From Scenedesmus sp. PABB004 (taxonomy: Eukaryota), in NCBI GenBank assembly GCA_014905635.1, contig JABVCE010000002.1:2356001-2420000 (forward strand): a stretch of DNA of 64,000 nt, given 5' to 3'. Below, piece by piece: positions 12,710 through 23,389 of the stretch. The position numbers and the translations under genes are program-made. Below the pieces are notes generated by a model, which was given only the letters and a program-made list of their open reading frames with translations, had not been told where the DNA came from and made no database searches. Position 1 is the first letter of the stretch, and each line of letters begins with the position of its first letter.

Positions 12710-15700
12710 ATGCAGCGCGCGGCCGCGCGCGCGGCCGCCTGGCGCCTGCGCCGCGCGCCGGTCGCGCGGCCCGCGCCGCTGGTCGCGGCGGCCGGCGCCG
12801 CCGCCGGCGCCGGCGGCGCCCGCTCCACGCAGACCTCCACCCGGCGCCGCCGCCGGACGAGCACCGCGGCGCGGCCGGCGCTCGAGCCGCAGCAGCAGCG
12901 CGGCGCCGCCTCGCGAGCGGAGCGCGCGCCGCGGCCGGCGGACCCGCCGGCGCCGGCGCCGCCGCCCGACCCGCCGGCTGGCGCCGGGCTGCTGCTGGGC
13001 GCGGCGCCGGCGGACCCGGCCTTTGCCGCGGCGCGCGGCTGGGTGGTGTTCAGCGACCTGCACGTCTCGACCAAGACGGTCGACACGGCGCTGCAGGTGC
13101 TGCGGGTCGTGCACCGCGCGGCGGCCGACCGCGGCGCCGGCGTGCTCTTCCTGGGTGCGCCGCACGCCGCAGCCCGCCGTGGCGCGGCGCGGGCGGGCGC
13201 GCCGCGGGCGGTCGCGCCGCTTGCTGGCGGCCCGCCCAAATTACGCCGCGCCGCGCCGCGCCGCGCCGCAGGCGACTTTTGGGACCGCCGCGGCGACCTG
13301 CCGGTCGTGCCGCTGAACCGCGTGCAGCAGGAGCTGCGGTCGTGGGAGGTGCCGCTGCTGCTGCTGCCCGGCAACCACGACCAGGTCGACCTGGGCGGCC
13401 AGCACCACTCGCTGGAGCCGCTCACGATGGCCGCGCGCGCGGCGCACGTCTTCACGCACCCCACGCTCTACCGGTGCGCCGCGCGCTGCGGCCGCCACCG
13501 CCCGCGCGCCGCCTGCTGAGCGCACCGCCCCGCGCCGACGCGCGCGCGCCGCGCCACTCGCAGCGACGCGCTGTGGCTGCCCTACCGCCGCGACGAGGCG
13601 GTGCTGCGCGGCGCGATCGCGCAGGCGAAGGCGGCGGGGCCGCTCAAGGCGATCTTTGGCCACGCTGACGTGGTGCGCCGCCGCCGCCTGCCGCCACGCG
13701 CGCTGTCGCCGCCGCGGCTGCCGGCGCCCGCGCCGACCGCGCCCCGCTGCCGACGCCGCCACCGCCGCCGCCGCCGCGTCGCAGCTGACGGCGCGCATGA
13801 ACGCGGCTCACCAGGCGCGCGACGGGCTGCCGCCGGGGCTCTTCCCCGCGCGCGTGCCTGTCTATCTGGGGCACTACCACCTCCCCCAGACGCTGCCGGG
13901 CAGCGCCATCACCTACGTGGGCTCGCCCTTCCAGGGTACGCGGCGCGCGGCGCGCGGTGGCTGCGCCGGCGGCGCGCGGGCGCCGCTGACCGCCGGCCGC
14001 GCGCCGCGCGCCGCGCGTGTGCAGTGACGAGCAGCGAGGCGGGGCAGCAGAAGCGGCTGCTGCTGCTGGACGAGCACTGGCAGGCGGCCGGCGAGGTGCC
14101 GCTGGACGTCGGCCGCCGCTTCTTCACCTTGTCCGCGCCCGGCGCCAGCAGCGGCGGCGCGAGCGTGACCGCCGGCAGCGACAGCGACGCCGACGCGGTC
14201 GGCGGCGCGCTCAGCGACGCCGCGAGCGGCAGCGAGGGCGAGGGCGGCGGCGTGCCAGGCAGCGGCGGCGGCGGCCTGGCGCTCAGCCCCGGCGCGGTGG
14301 GCGAGCTGCTCGCCTCGGGCGCGCTGCGCCGGGGCGACGTCGCGCACCTGCGGGCGGAGGCCGAGGACGGCGCGCTGCTGGAGGTGCAGCGCCTGCTGGC
14401 GGCCGAGGGCGTGCAGGTGCAGCTGCACCTGCGCCCGCCCGCGCGCGCCGCGCCGCGCATCGCGTCGGCGGAGCAGCTGTCCATGGCGGCGCTGCTGGAG
14501 CAGTACGCTGCCAACACGGGCATGGCGCCCGAGGTGCTGGCCCTCGCGCGGCAGGCGCTGCAGGTGTGCGGCGCGCACGCGCAGGCCAGCCGCTCCAGCA
14601 CCGCGGCGGCCGCGGGGCGCCGACGCGCGCCGCGCGCCGCGGCGCGCAGGGGCTGGGCTCGCGCGGGAGCGACACGCCGCCGCACAGCCACCTGCAGCTG
14701 TCAGACGTCACAGTCGAGGGCTTTGGGCCCTTCCGCGAGCCGGTGACCTACCCGCTTGCCGGCCGGGGCGTCGTGGCGGTCACCGGCCGCAACGAGGACG
14801 ACACGGCCGCGGCGAGCAACGGCGCGGGCAAGACGAGCCTGCTCACCGCGCTGCTCTGGGCATTCAAGGCGCCCGACGGCCGCGGCATGACGGCTGCAGA
14901 CTACGTGAACGAGGACAGCAAGCGCGCGGCGGTCACGGTCACGGGCACGATCAACGGGGTGGGTGCGCGTGCGCGCCACGCTCGTGCCGTGCTGCGCTCC
15001 GCTCCGCTCCGCGCCGCGCCGCGCCGTGCCGCGCCACGCCGCGACGTGCTGCGCCGCGCCGACCCCGCGCGCGCCTCCGCCGCCGGCGCTGCAGGAGCCG
15101 TTTGAGCTGACGCGCACCGTGACGGGCGGCCGCCGCCCGCGGAGCGGGCTCGCGCTGTCCGTCGGCGGCGAGGACCTGACCTGCCAGGAGCAGCGCCACA
15201 CCGAGGACGCGCTGCGCCGGCTGTTCAGCAGCGCGCTGCTGCCGCAGACGCTCGTGTTCACTCAGGAGGACCTGCTGCGCCTCCTGCAGGCGCGCCTGCC
15301 GCGCCGCCCGCCGCGCCGCCCGCCGCGCCGCCCGCCGTGCCGCTCGCGGCAGCGCGCGACCCACGCCCGCGCCGCCCGTGCGCCGCCCGCGCGCCGCAGT
15401 CGGGTGACCGAGAGTTCAAGGAGCAGCTGTCCTGCGTCGTGGACACGCAGGCCTGGGACGAGGCCAAGGAGGTGTCGGCCGCGGCCATCACGGGCTTGCG
15501 CCAGCAGCTCGCGGCCGCGGACGTCGTCGCTGCGCAGGCGGCGGCCGACGCGGCGGCCGCGGCCGACGGCGCGGCCGCGGCGGCCGCGCGCGCGGGCGCG
15601 TGGGAGGCCGACCGCGCGGCGCAGCTGGCGCAGCTGGAGGAGGTGGGCGTGCAGTGCGTGCGGGGCCTGGAGGCGGGCGTCGACGCGGCGGCCGCGCTGC

Positions 15701-18081
15701 AGCACGAGCTGCACGCCGCGCTCGCGGCAGCGGCGGCGCGGCGCGGCGCGCTTGAGGCGGACCAGGCGGCGGCCGCGGCTGCGGCCGCGGCCGCCGCCGA
15801 CGCAGCCGACGCGGAGGCCGCGGCGCTCGAGGAGCGGCACCGTGCCGAGCTGGAGCAGCTGCAGCAGCGACTGCTCGGCGGCGGCGGCGCTGACGGGTCG
15901 CTGGAGCTGCCGGTGTTTGACGAGTCCGCCGTCGAGGCGCGGCTGGCCCCGCTGCTGGCAGCCGAGCAGGCGCTCGCGGCGCGGCTCGCGGAGCAGCAGG
16001 GCGCGAGCCAGGCGCTGCGCGGCCAGATCGCCGCCGTGCGGGCGCGGCTGGCGCGGTACAGCGGGATCACCTCCGGCGCGCCCAGCGGCGGCGCCCGGGT
16101 CGCCGTGGCGGGCGCGGCCGCGGCCGCTGCCGGCGGGCGCCACGCCGGCGGCGCCTGCGGCAGCCCGGTGTGCGAGCAGTGCCTGCAGCCCATCGATCTC
16201 CAGCTCTACCAGCGGTGAGCCCGCGACGCGGCGCGCTTCGCGCGCTGCGCGACGCAACGGCGCGGCGCCAGCCCGCACCGCCCTTGGCCGCGCGCGCGCG
16301 CACTCACGCCTCCCTGTGCGCCCGCCGCGCGCGTCGCTCGCGCCGCCGCCGCCGCCGCAGCAACCTGGACGGCATGGCAGGCGAGGAGGCGGAGCTGCAG
16401 CAGCAGCTGGCGGCCTCGCGCGAGGACGAGGCGCGCCTGGCGGCCGCGCACGCGGCGGCGCAGCAGGACCGCGGCGCCGCGCAGCAGCAGCACGCCGCGG
16501 CGGCGCAGGAGGTGCGCGCGGCGCGCGAGCGCCTGATGCAGCAGCAGGCGGAGCAGCAGCAGCGCCGAGCGCAGGCGGTCGAGGAGATGCGGCGGCTGGA
16601 GCAGCGCCAGCGCCTCGAGCAGCAGGAGCGGCAGCAGCGCGTGTGGCAGGAGGAGCGCCGGCTGCAGTGGTGAGCGGCGGCGGGGCCGGGGGCAGCGGTC
16701 TGCGAACGCAGCTGCGCCGCGCGCGCGGCAGCGCCCGACGCGCACGCGCCGCCGCCCACGACGCCGCCAGGGAGCTGCACGAGCTGCAGCAGCTGACATC
16801 GCAGCTGCAGGCTGCGGACGCCCAGGTGGCGAGCGGCCTGGCGGCCGCGAGCGAGCGGCTACAGCTCCCGGGCGGCGCCGCTCCCGCGCGCTCGTGCAGC
16901 TTTGAGGGGGCCGCCGCGGCAGCGGATGACCCGGCGGCGCTGGAGCAGGCGCCGCAGCTGTGCAAGCGCGCGGGTGAACTCAGCGCCGCGCTGGGTCAGC
17001 TCGCGGACGGCGTGCTGTCCTCGCGCGCGTCGCGCGAGTCGCTGGCGGGCGCCGTCAACCCGCACGCCTCGGGCGTGCAGGCGCTGGAGCGCGGCCTCGC
17101 CGAGCAGCGCCGCCGGGTGGAGGAGACCCGGGAGCAGCAGGAGGAGCTGACAAAGCAGGTGTGGGGGCGCACGCGCGCGACGCGCGCTGGCCCGCCTGCT
17201 GCTGACGCCGGGCGTCGCCGCCGCCGCGCCGCGCGCGCAGCTGTCGCTGTGGCGGCGCGTGGACGTGGCGTTTGGGCGCACCGGGGTGCCGTCGTTCATT
17301 CTGGAGGACGTGCTCGGCGAGCTGCAGGCCGCGTGCAGCCGCCACCTCGGCGCGCTCGCGGCCGGCATGGCCCTCGAGCTCTCCGCGACGAGCGCCAAGC
17401 GCACGGCGCCCGCCGCCGGCAAGGCCCCGCGCGCGGCCAAGGCCGCCAAGGCGCCGGCTGCGCCGTGGGACGCGCTCGCGCCCGCGGGCGCCGCCGCCGG
17501 GCTGGCCGTCGGCGGCGCCGCCGCCGCCGGCGCGCCGCCCGCGCCGCCGCCGGCACATGAGGTGAAGGAGGAGATTTCCAAGATCGTCCGCGTGCGCGCG
17601 GCGGGCGGCGAGCTGCGGGAGCGCAGCGTCGCGCAGCTGAGCGGCGGCGAGAAGAAGCGCGTCGCGCTCGCGCTCGGCCTCGGCTTTGCCGAGCTCGTCG
17701 CCGCGCGCAGCCGGCTCACCAGCAACGTGCTGGTGCTCGACGAGGTGCGCGGCGACTGGGTGGGCGCGGCGGCGGGGGCGGGCGGGCGTGCAGGCCCCGG
17801 CCTGACGGGCAGCGCAGACGGGGCGCGGCGCCGCCCACCGACGCCGCGCCGCCGCCGCCGGCCGCCGCGCGCGTGCACACACGCAGGTGCTGGAGAAGCT
17901 GGACGAGGAGGGCTGCGCCTGCGTGGCGGGGCTGCTCAAGTCGCTGCCCTACTCCAGCGTGTTTGTGGTGGGCCAGGCCGGCAGCTTTGTCACCAAGGAG
18001 TTTGCTTGCGTCGACACCGTGGTCAAAGCCGGCGGCGCGGCGCGCGTCGAGCTTGGCGGCGGCGCCGCCGCGCGCGCTTGA
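12710..18081 (+). CDS. Fused SbcD/Mre11-type metallophosphoesterase nuclease + SbcC/Rad50-type SMC ATPase, ~1386 aa, 12 exons, probable organelle transit peptide
   Basis: Exons 12710-13154, 13272-13473, 13564-13672, 13785-13935, 14025-14563, 14650-14958, 15095-15289, 15400-16214, 16361-16669, 16771-17158, 17241-17744 and 17887-18081 sum to 4161 nt with a continuous frame. Nuclease motifs: SDLH, GDFW, GNHD, GHAD, GHYH. ATPase motifs: VEGFGPF, Walker A NGAGKT, Q-loop VFTQ, coiled coil with CEQC hook, signature LSGGE, Walker B VLVLDE, D-loop LD. Confidence 0.88.
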
Positions 18082-18791
18082 GCGCGCGAGCCCGGCGCAG
18101 CGGCGCGCCGGGAGTGCTGAGCGAGGCCGCTGTCGGCGACAGCAGCCGCCCGTGCGCGCGGGTAACGCCGGCCGGCTGCCGCCAGCGCATCGGCAGCGTT
18201 ACGCGCGATGCTGCGCCCTGCGCGCGTCGCCGCGGCAGGTGCGCGACCCAGGGTGGCCCGGTGAATCAATCAATCGGCAGCCAACACCCGTGTTGGCCGC
18301 CCGCACGCCTCACTCAAGGCACTGCAATGTGCGGGAGGGGCGGCGCCTCGCCGTACGGGAGCGGCGGCGGCGAAGCAGCAGGCGGGTGTGTACAGCTGTG
18401 CTGCTGCGGCTGTGCGCCAACTCGGCAGTGCAGTGCTCGCCCGCCCGCAGCAGCGGAGCACTGCGGCGGCGCACCCCCACCCCCTCCCCCCTTCTCTTAT
18501 TCGAGCGCCCTCTGGAGCGTGTGAGGGCGGCTCCCACACACCCCGGCAATGGTACAATACATGGAGGCCCATGCCTGCACACACACACAAGTACACGCCC
18601 GCTCTGTGCCCCCTGCAACGTCCCCGGTGGCCCCTGCAAAGCCCCCCGCCAGCGCGCGCAGGGGGGGGGGGGGCGTCACTGCCGCAACGGCAGCCTGTGA
18701 GCTGCCGCGCTGCTCGGCCGCCCCCGGCGCGCCACGCCTGCAATGCCCCATCGTGCTCGGCACCGCCCGGGGTGGGCCAATCTCGCCCACC

Positions 18792-21700
18792 TCACAGCAC
18801 GTCCTTGGGCGGCGGCGGCGGGCCGTGCGCCGAGTCCTCGACGACCGGCGCGCCGCCGCGGCGCGCCTTGCGCGCCGGCGCGGGCGCGGCGTCCGCGTCC
18901 TTGCTGCCGCCGGGCGCGACGTCCTTGCCGTCAAGCTCGCCCATGCCCGCGGCCGTCTCCGCAAGCGCCTGCTCGTCCGTGAGCTGGTAGAGCGGCTCGG
19001 TCGTGCGCCAGGAGCGGGGGAGGAAGAAGAGCAGGTCCCGCCCCGGCAGCAGGCGCTCGAGGGACATCACGATCAGCATCACGGCGAGGCAGAAGAGCGG
19101 CGAGAGGATGGAGTCCAGGCCCGTCCAGTCGCGCATTGGGGCTGTCGTTGACGCGCGGCAGGCGCAGGCGGCGGAGGCGGCGCGCGGGTCAGCCGGCCGG
19201 CCAGCGCTCCGCGCGGTGTGCGCGTGCTCGCCGCCAGCCGCCGCGCCCCGCTGCGCGCGCGCGGCGGTCCCCGCTCCCAGTCGCGCGCGGACGCACTCTG
19301 CTGGCAGGTGTCCTTGTCGGGCGACCACACGAGCGACGCCGCGGCGTTGGTGTCTGGGCGGGTCTCCATGAACACCGGCAGCCCCGGGAGGGCCTTGCCG
19401 TAGTTCAGCGCGTAGCTGCCAAACGCGACGAGGCTGCCGTCCTTGGGGAGCGTGAACTCGAGGATGATGCGCAGCCCGCTGCCGGCGATGCAGGAGAGCA
19501 GGCCTGGCGGACGACGCGGGCGCGCGGGTGAGGTGGAGGCGCGGGGCGCGCGCGGGCGTGAGGGCGGGGCGCGAGCGGGGCGCGGGGATGGTGGGCGGCG
19601 GCGCGCGGGGCCGAGGGGCGCGCGCTGGGGGCTGGGCGCTGCGTGCTGCGCGCTGCGTGCTGCGCGCACCCGCGTTGGGCGAGACGGCGGGCCAGTAGAT
19701 GGCAGCGATGAGGGGGACGAAGCAGCCGGCGAGCACGACGTCAAACGCAACGACCAGCAGGTAGCCTGCAAGGCGGTGGCGGCGGTGGTGGTGGTGGTGG
19801 TGGTGGTGGTGGTGGCGGCGGGGCAGCGGGGCGGCGTCAGCGTGTGCCGAGGCGTCTGCACGGCCGCGTGGCGCAGCGGCGCAGCGGCGCAGCGGCGCAG
19901 CGGCGCAGCGGCGCAGCGGCGCAGCGGGCGCGGCGCGGCGCGGCGGCGGCGGGCGTGGCGCGGCGGCGGCGGGCGCGGCGCGGCGGGGCTGCGTGGCGGC
20001 GCGGGAGCGCCAGCGGCGCGCGCACCGGGGTTGTAGGTGACCGCGGCGACGACGCAGGCGATGGCCGTCATGGGCACGGCGGCGAAGCGCACGATGCGCA
20101 GCAGGGTCTCGTCGGTCGTGCCGAAGCGCGGGACCTTGCGCCAGAGGTTGTGCGTCATCACGGTGGACGTCGCGAGGATCGCGCCGGTGCCCGTGGACAT
20201 GCTCGCGCAGAGGATGGCGACCATGGTCCACCCGCCCAGGATCTGCGCGCGGCGAGCGCGAGAGGGAGGGGCCGGAGCGGCGGCGGGGGCGTGGGCGAGA
20301 GTGAGAGTGAGGGGGTTGGGTCGCGGGCGCGGGCGCGGGCGCGGCGCTGTGCTGCGCGTGGTCACGGGCGGCGGCGGGTGATGAAGCCGCGGGCGCGCGC
20401 GCGCACGCACCCGGGGCACGCGCTCCCAGAGGTATTTGAACAGCACGAACTTGTCGTCCGGCAGCCACTGCGCGCAGCTCGGCAGCCCGAGCGGCGCGGA
20501 GCAGGTGTCCGCCGCAAACTCGGCGTACGGCGAGTCGGGGCCGTTGTACTTGCGCGCGTAGCCTGGCGGTTGCGGCGGCGGCGGCGGCGGCGGCGGCGCT
20601 GCGTGAGCTTCAGCCCACCCGGGGCCGGCTGCTCGCCGCCGCCGCGGCTGGCTAGCCGCCCCCTGGGGGTTGCCCCCTCGAGAGCGTCCCCGAGAGCGTC
20701 CCCGAGAGCGCCCCGCACCGCCGAGGAGGCCGAAGGGCACACTGAAGGCCATGAGCACGAGGCCCGCCAGGATGTTGCCGATGCGCGCGATGCGGGGCGT
20801 GCGCGCCGCCATGCTGCGCGCCTGGAAGTCGAGGGCGCAGAGGTTGCCCAGGCCGAGCACCACGAGCGTGGCCCAGTTGAGCAGGATGGCGTTGGGGAAG
20901 GGAGCGTACGCGTCCACGTCTGCGCCGCCGCGCGGCGGGGCCAGCAGCTCAGTCGGGCGGCCGGCGCCGGCCGCCGCCGCGCCCGCACGCGCGCCACGGC
21001 CCCCGCACGTCCTCACGCCCTCACGCCCGCCCGTCCGCCACGGCCCCCGCACGCCCTCACGCCCTCACGCCCGCCCTCACGCCCGCCCGCCCGCCCGCCC
21101 GCCCGCCCGCCCGCCGTCCCTCCCTCGCGCACCGGTCATGCCGTTGTTAAAGACCGCCTTGTCGCCGGCGGGGTATGCGTAGTTGTCGCACGTGTTGGCG
21201 CCGGTCGCGGGGTCCACGCAGTCGAGCGGCCCCGCGTAGCCGGGCGTGACCGCGGTGAGGTTGTCCCCAAGCGGCAGCGCAAAGCCCATGCTCGTGCTCG
21301 CGTGCGCCTGGGGGTCGGTCGCGAGGACGTAGATCGTGACGACGAGCAGGCCGGTGAAGCCAAAGCTCGCCTGCGGGATGTCAACATACGCGATGCTGCG
21401 CGGGCGCACCGTGGTGCGGGCGGGCGGGCGACGGTTGGCGCGCCGGCGCGGAAGGCGGGCTCGCGCGCTGCGGCGCGCCGGCGCGGAAGGCGCGCTCGCG
21501 CGCTGCGGCTCACCTGAACAGCCCGCCCGCGATGGTGTACGTTGCGAAGAGCGCGCCCGCGATGACGATGCCCGCCCAGAGCGGCAGCCCAAAGTTGAAC
21601 TGCGGCCGCGGCGGCGGCGGCGGCCGTCAGCGGGGCGCGGCGCGCGCCGGCGCAGCGCCCGGCGCACGCGCGCGCGCGCGCGCGGGGGTGCAATGCGCCG

Positions 21701-22859
21701 GGCGCGCCGGGCGCGCGCCGCACCTGCGCGAGCAGGCTGGTGCCGACGAGGTTGCCCGCGAGGAGGCAGGTGAAGGAGACGACCTCGATGAGGCTGACCA
21801 GCACCTCCATCGCGGCGCCGTACTTGCGGCGGAAGAGGTCGGGCAGCGTGAGCAGGCCCATGCGGTTGATGTGACCGCTGATGGTCAGCCCGTTCTGCGC
21901 GCGGTCGGCGGGGAGCAGCGCGGGGCGCGCGCGCGCGCGCGGGGCGGGCGGCGGGTTGAGCGAGAGAGGGAGGGAGCGCGCGAGGTGGGAGGGGTCGGTG
22001 CGGCGGCGCGGCGGAGGAGGAGGTGCCGCCGCGGCGCGCTGCGGCTGTGCCGCGGCGGGCCGCGCGCCGCCGCACCAGTATGAGCGAGATGCCGAGCCCC
22101 AGCGGCAGCATCGCGCCGTCCCAGAACGCATACTTGTAGCTGAGCGCGACGTTGCCGAGCGTCGCGTTGGAGTCGAGGCCCTGGCCGAGCAGCGCAAAGA
22201 CGACGATCCACAGCGGCAGCGTGCGGCCGCACACGAAAAAGTTCTTGTAGCTGCCTGCGCGCGGCGCGCGCGCGTGCGGCGGCGTCGGCCGCGGGGCGCG
22301 TGGGGGCGCGCGGGCGCCCCGGGCGCGGGGCGCGCGCGCGCGCAGAGGCGCGGCCGGCCGCTAGGCTGCTCCCACGCTGCGAAGGCGGCGGCGGCGGTGC
22401 GGCGGTGCGGCGGCGGCGGCGGTCACCTTTGATCATGACCATGCCGATGATCACGCCGGCGATGACCATGGCGGCCGCGGAGACGGCGAGCGGCACGCCC
22501 CACGACACCACCAGCCCGGAGCGGTCGAACGTCTGGCCGGGCGGCGGGCGGCGGCACGGCGGCGGGGTCGGGGCAGCGGGCCGGTGGCGGCGCCGCGCGC
22601 GCCGCAGCCGGCCAGGCGGCCGCCGGCGGCCGGCGGCCGACGGCAGCGCCGGCGCGCGCTGCCGGCGGCGCGCCCCGCCGCCGGCGCCGCACGGGGCGGG
22701 CCGCCCGCGCGCGCCCCGCACCTTCGGGCAGGCGATGCCGCAGACGAACTTCTGGCAGCAGCCATACGCTGCGTCGGCGGCCACCTGGCTGCTGGTGAGG
22801 TTGTGGGTCCACAGCCCCGGCGCAATCTCAAAGTTTGCGGACGTGCAGAAGTCCGCCAT
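18792..22859 (-). CDS. Sodium:solute symporter (SSS/SLC5), high-affinity choline-transporter-like, multi-exon
   Basis: NFFVCGRTLPLW, GQGLDSNATLG, TLPDLFRRKYG, YTIAGGLFS, LDFQARSMAA, AILCASMSTGTGAILATSTV; many hydrophobic helices. Substrate not determinable here. Confidence 0.85.
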
Positions 22860-23389
22860 GGTGCCTTGTGGCCGATGGGCGCCGGGGAGCGCGGGCGACC
22901 GGCCTGGGGGCGCGCTGGGCCGGGGGCGAGCCACCCGTGGCCTGCCCACGTGCTTGTACCGCGGCGGCTATGCGCGGCTTGCACGGGCGCGGCGCGTTCG
23001 GGGAGGGCAATGACGGCGGGGAGCGCGCAGCGGCGGCGCGGGGGGCGTAGGGCGCGGTGGGACTAGGGTTGTGCAAATTCACGTAAATTTGGCCTCGCCC
23101 GGCGCCGGCTGCCGCGCCGCGCTCGCTCTCGGGACCTGGCCGCGCCGACGGTCCGCGCGGGGGCGGAGCCGAACCCGCACGGGCCACTCCCACTCGGCGG
23201 CGGCCTGGTCCCGGCGGCAGGACTCCCACCGCCTGCAAGCGTGTGGGACAGCTCCCGGCCCGGGAGTCTGCACCAAACGCACTTACAGCGCGGCCGGAGC
23301 CGCCAGAAGCTGCAAAAACCTGCTCTCTCGCGACCCGACAGCCGCGGCCGCACAGCCACTCCACCGCCACTCGCTCGTGCCCTGCTGCT

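Noticed and set aside
16668..16673. Apparent TGA stop splitting the SbcC coiled coil
   Set aside because: It lies in a GTGAGC donor (intron 16670-16770); splicing restores W-ELHELQQ in frame.
19784..19927. (GTG)n and (GCAGCGGC)n tracts giving poly-His/Thr/Val in the ORF track; similarly (GT)n at ~33787 and (GCC)n at ~45147
   Set aside because: Ordinary intronic microsatellites, not coding.
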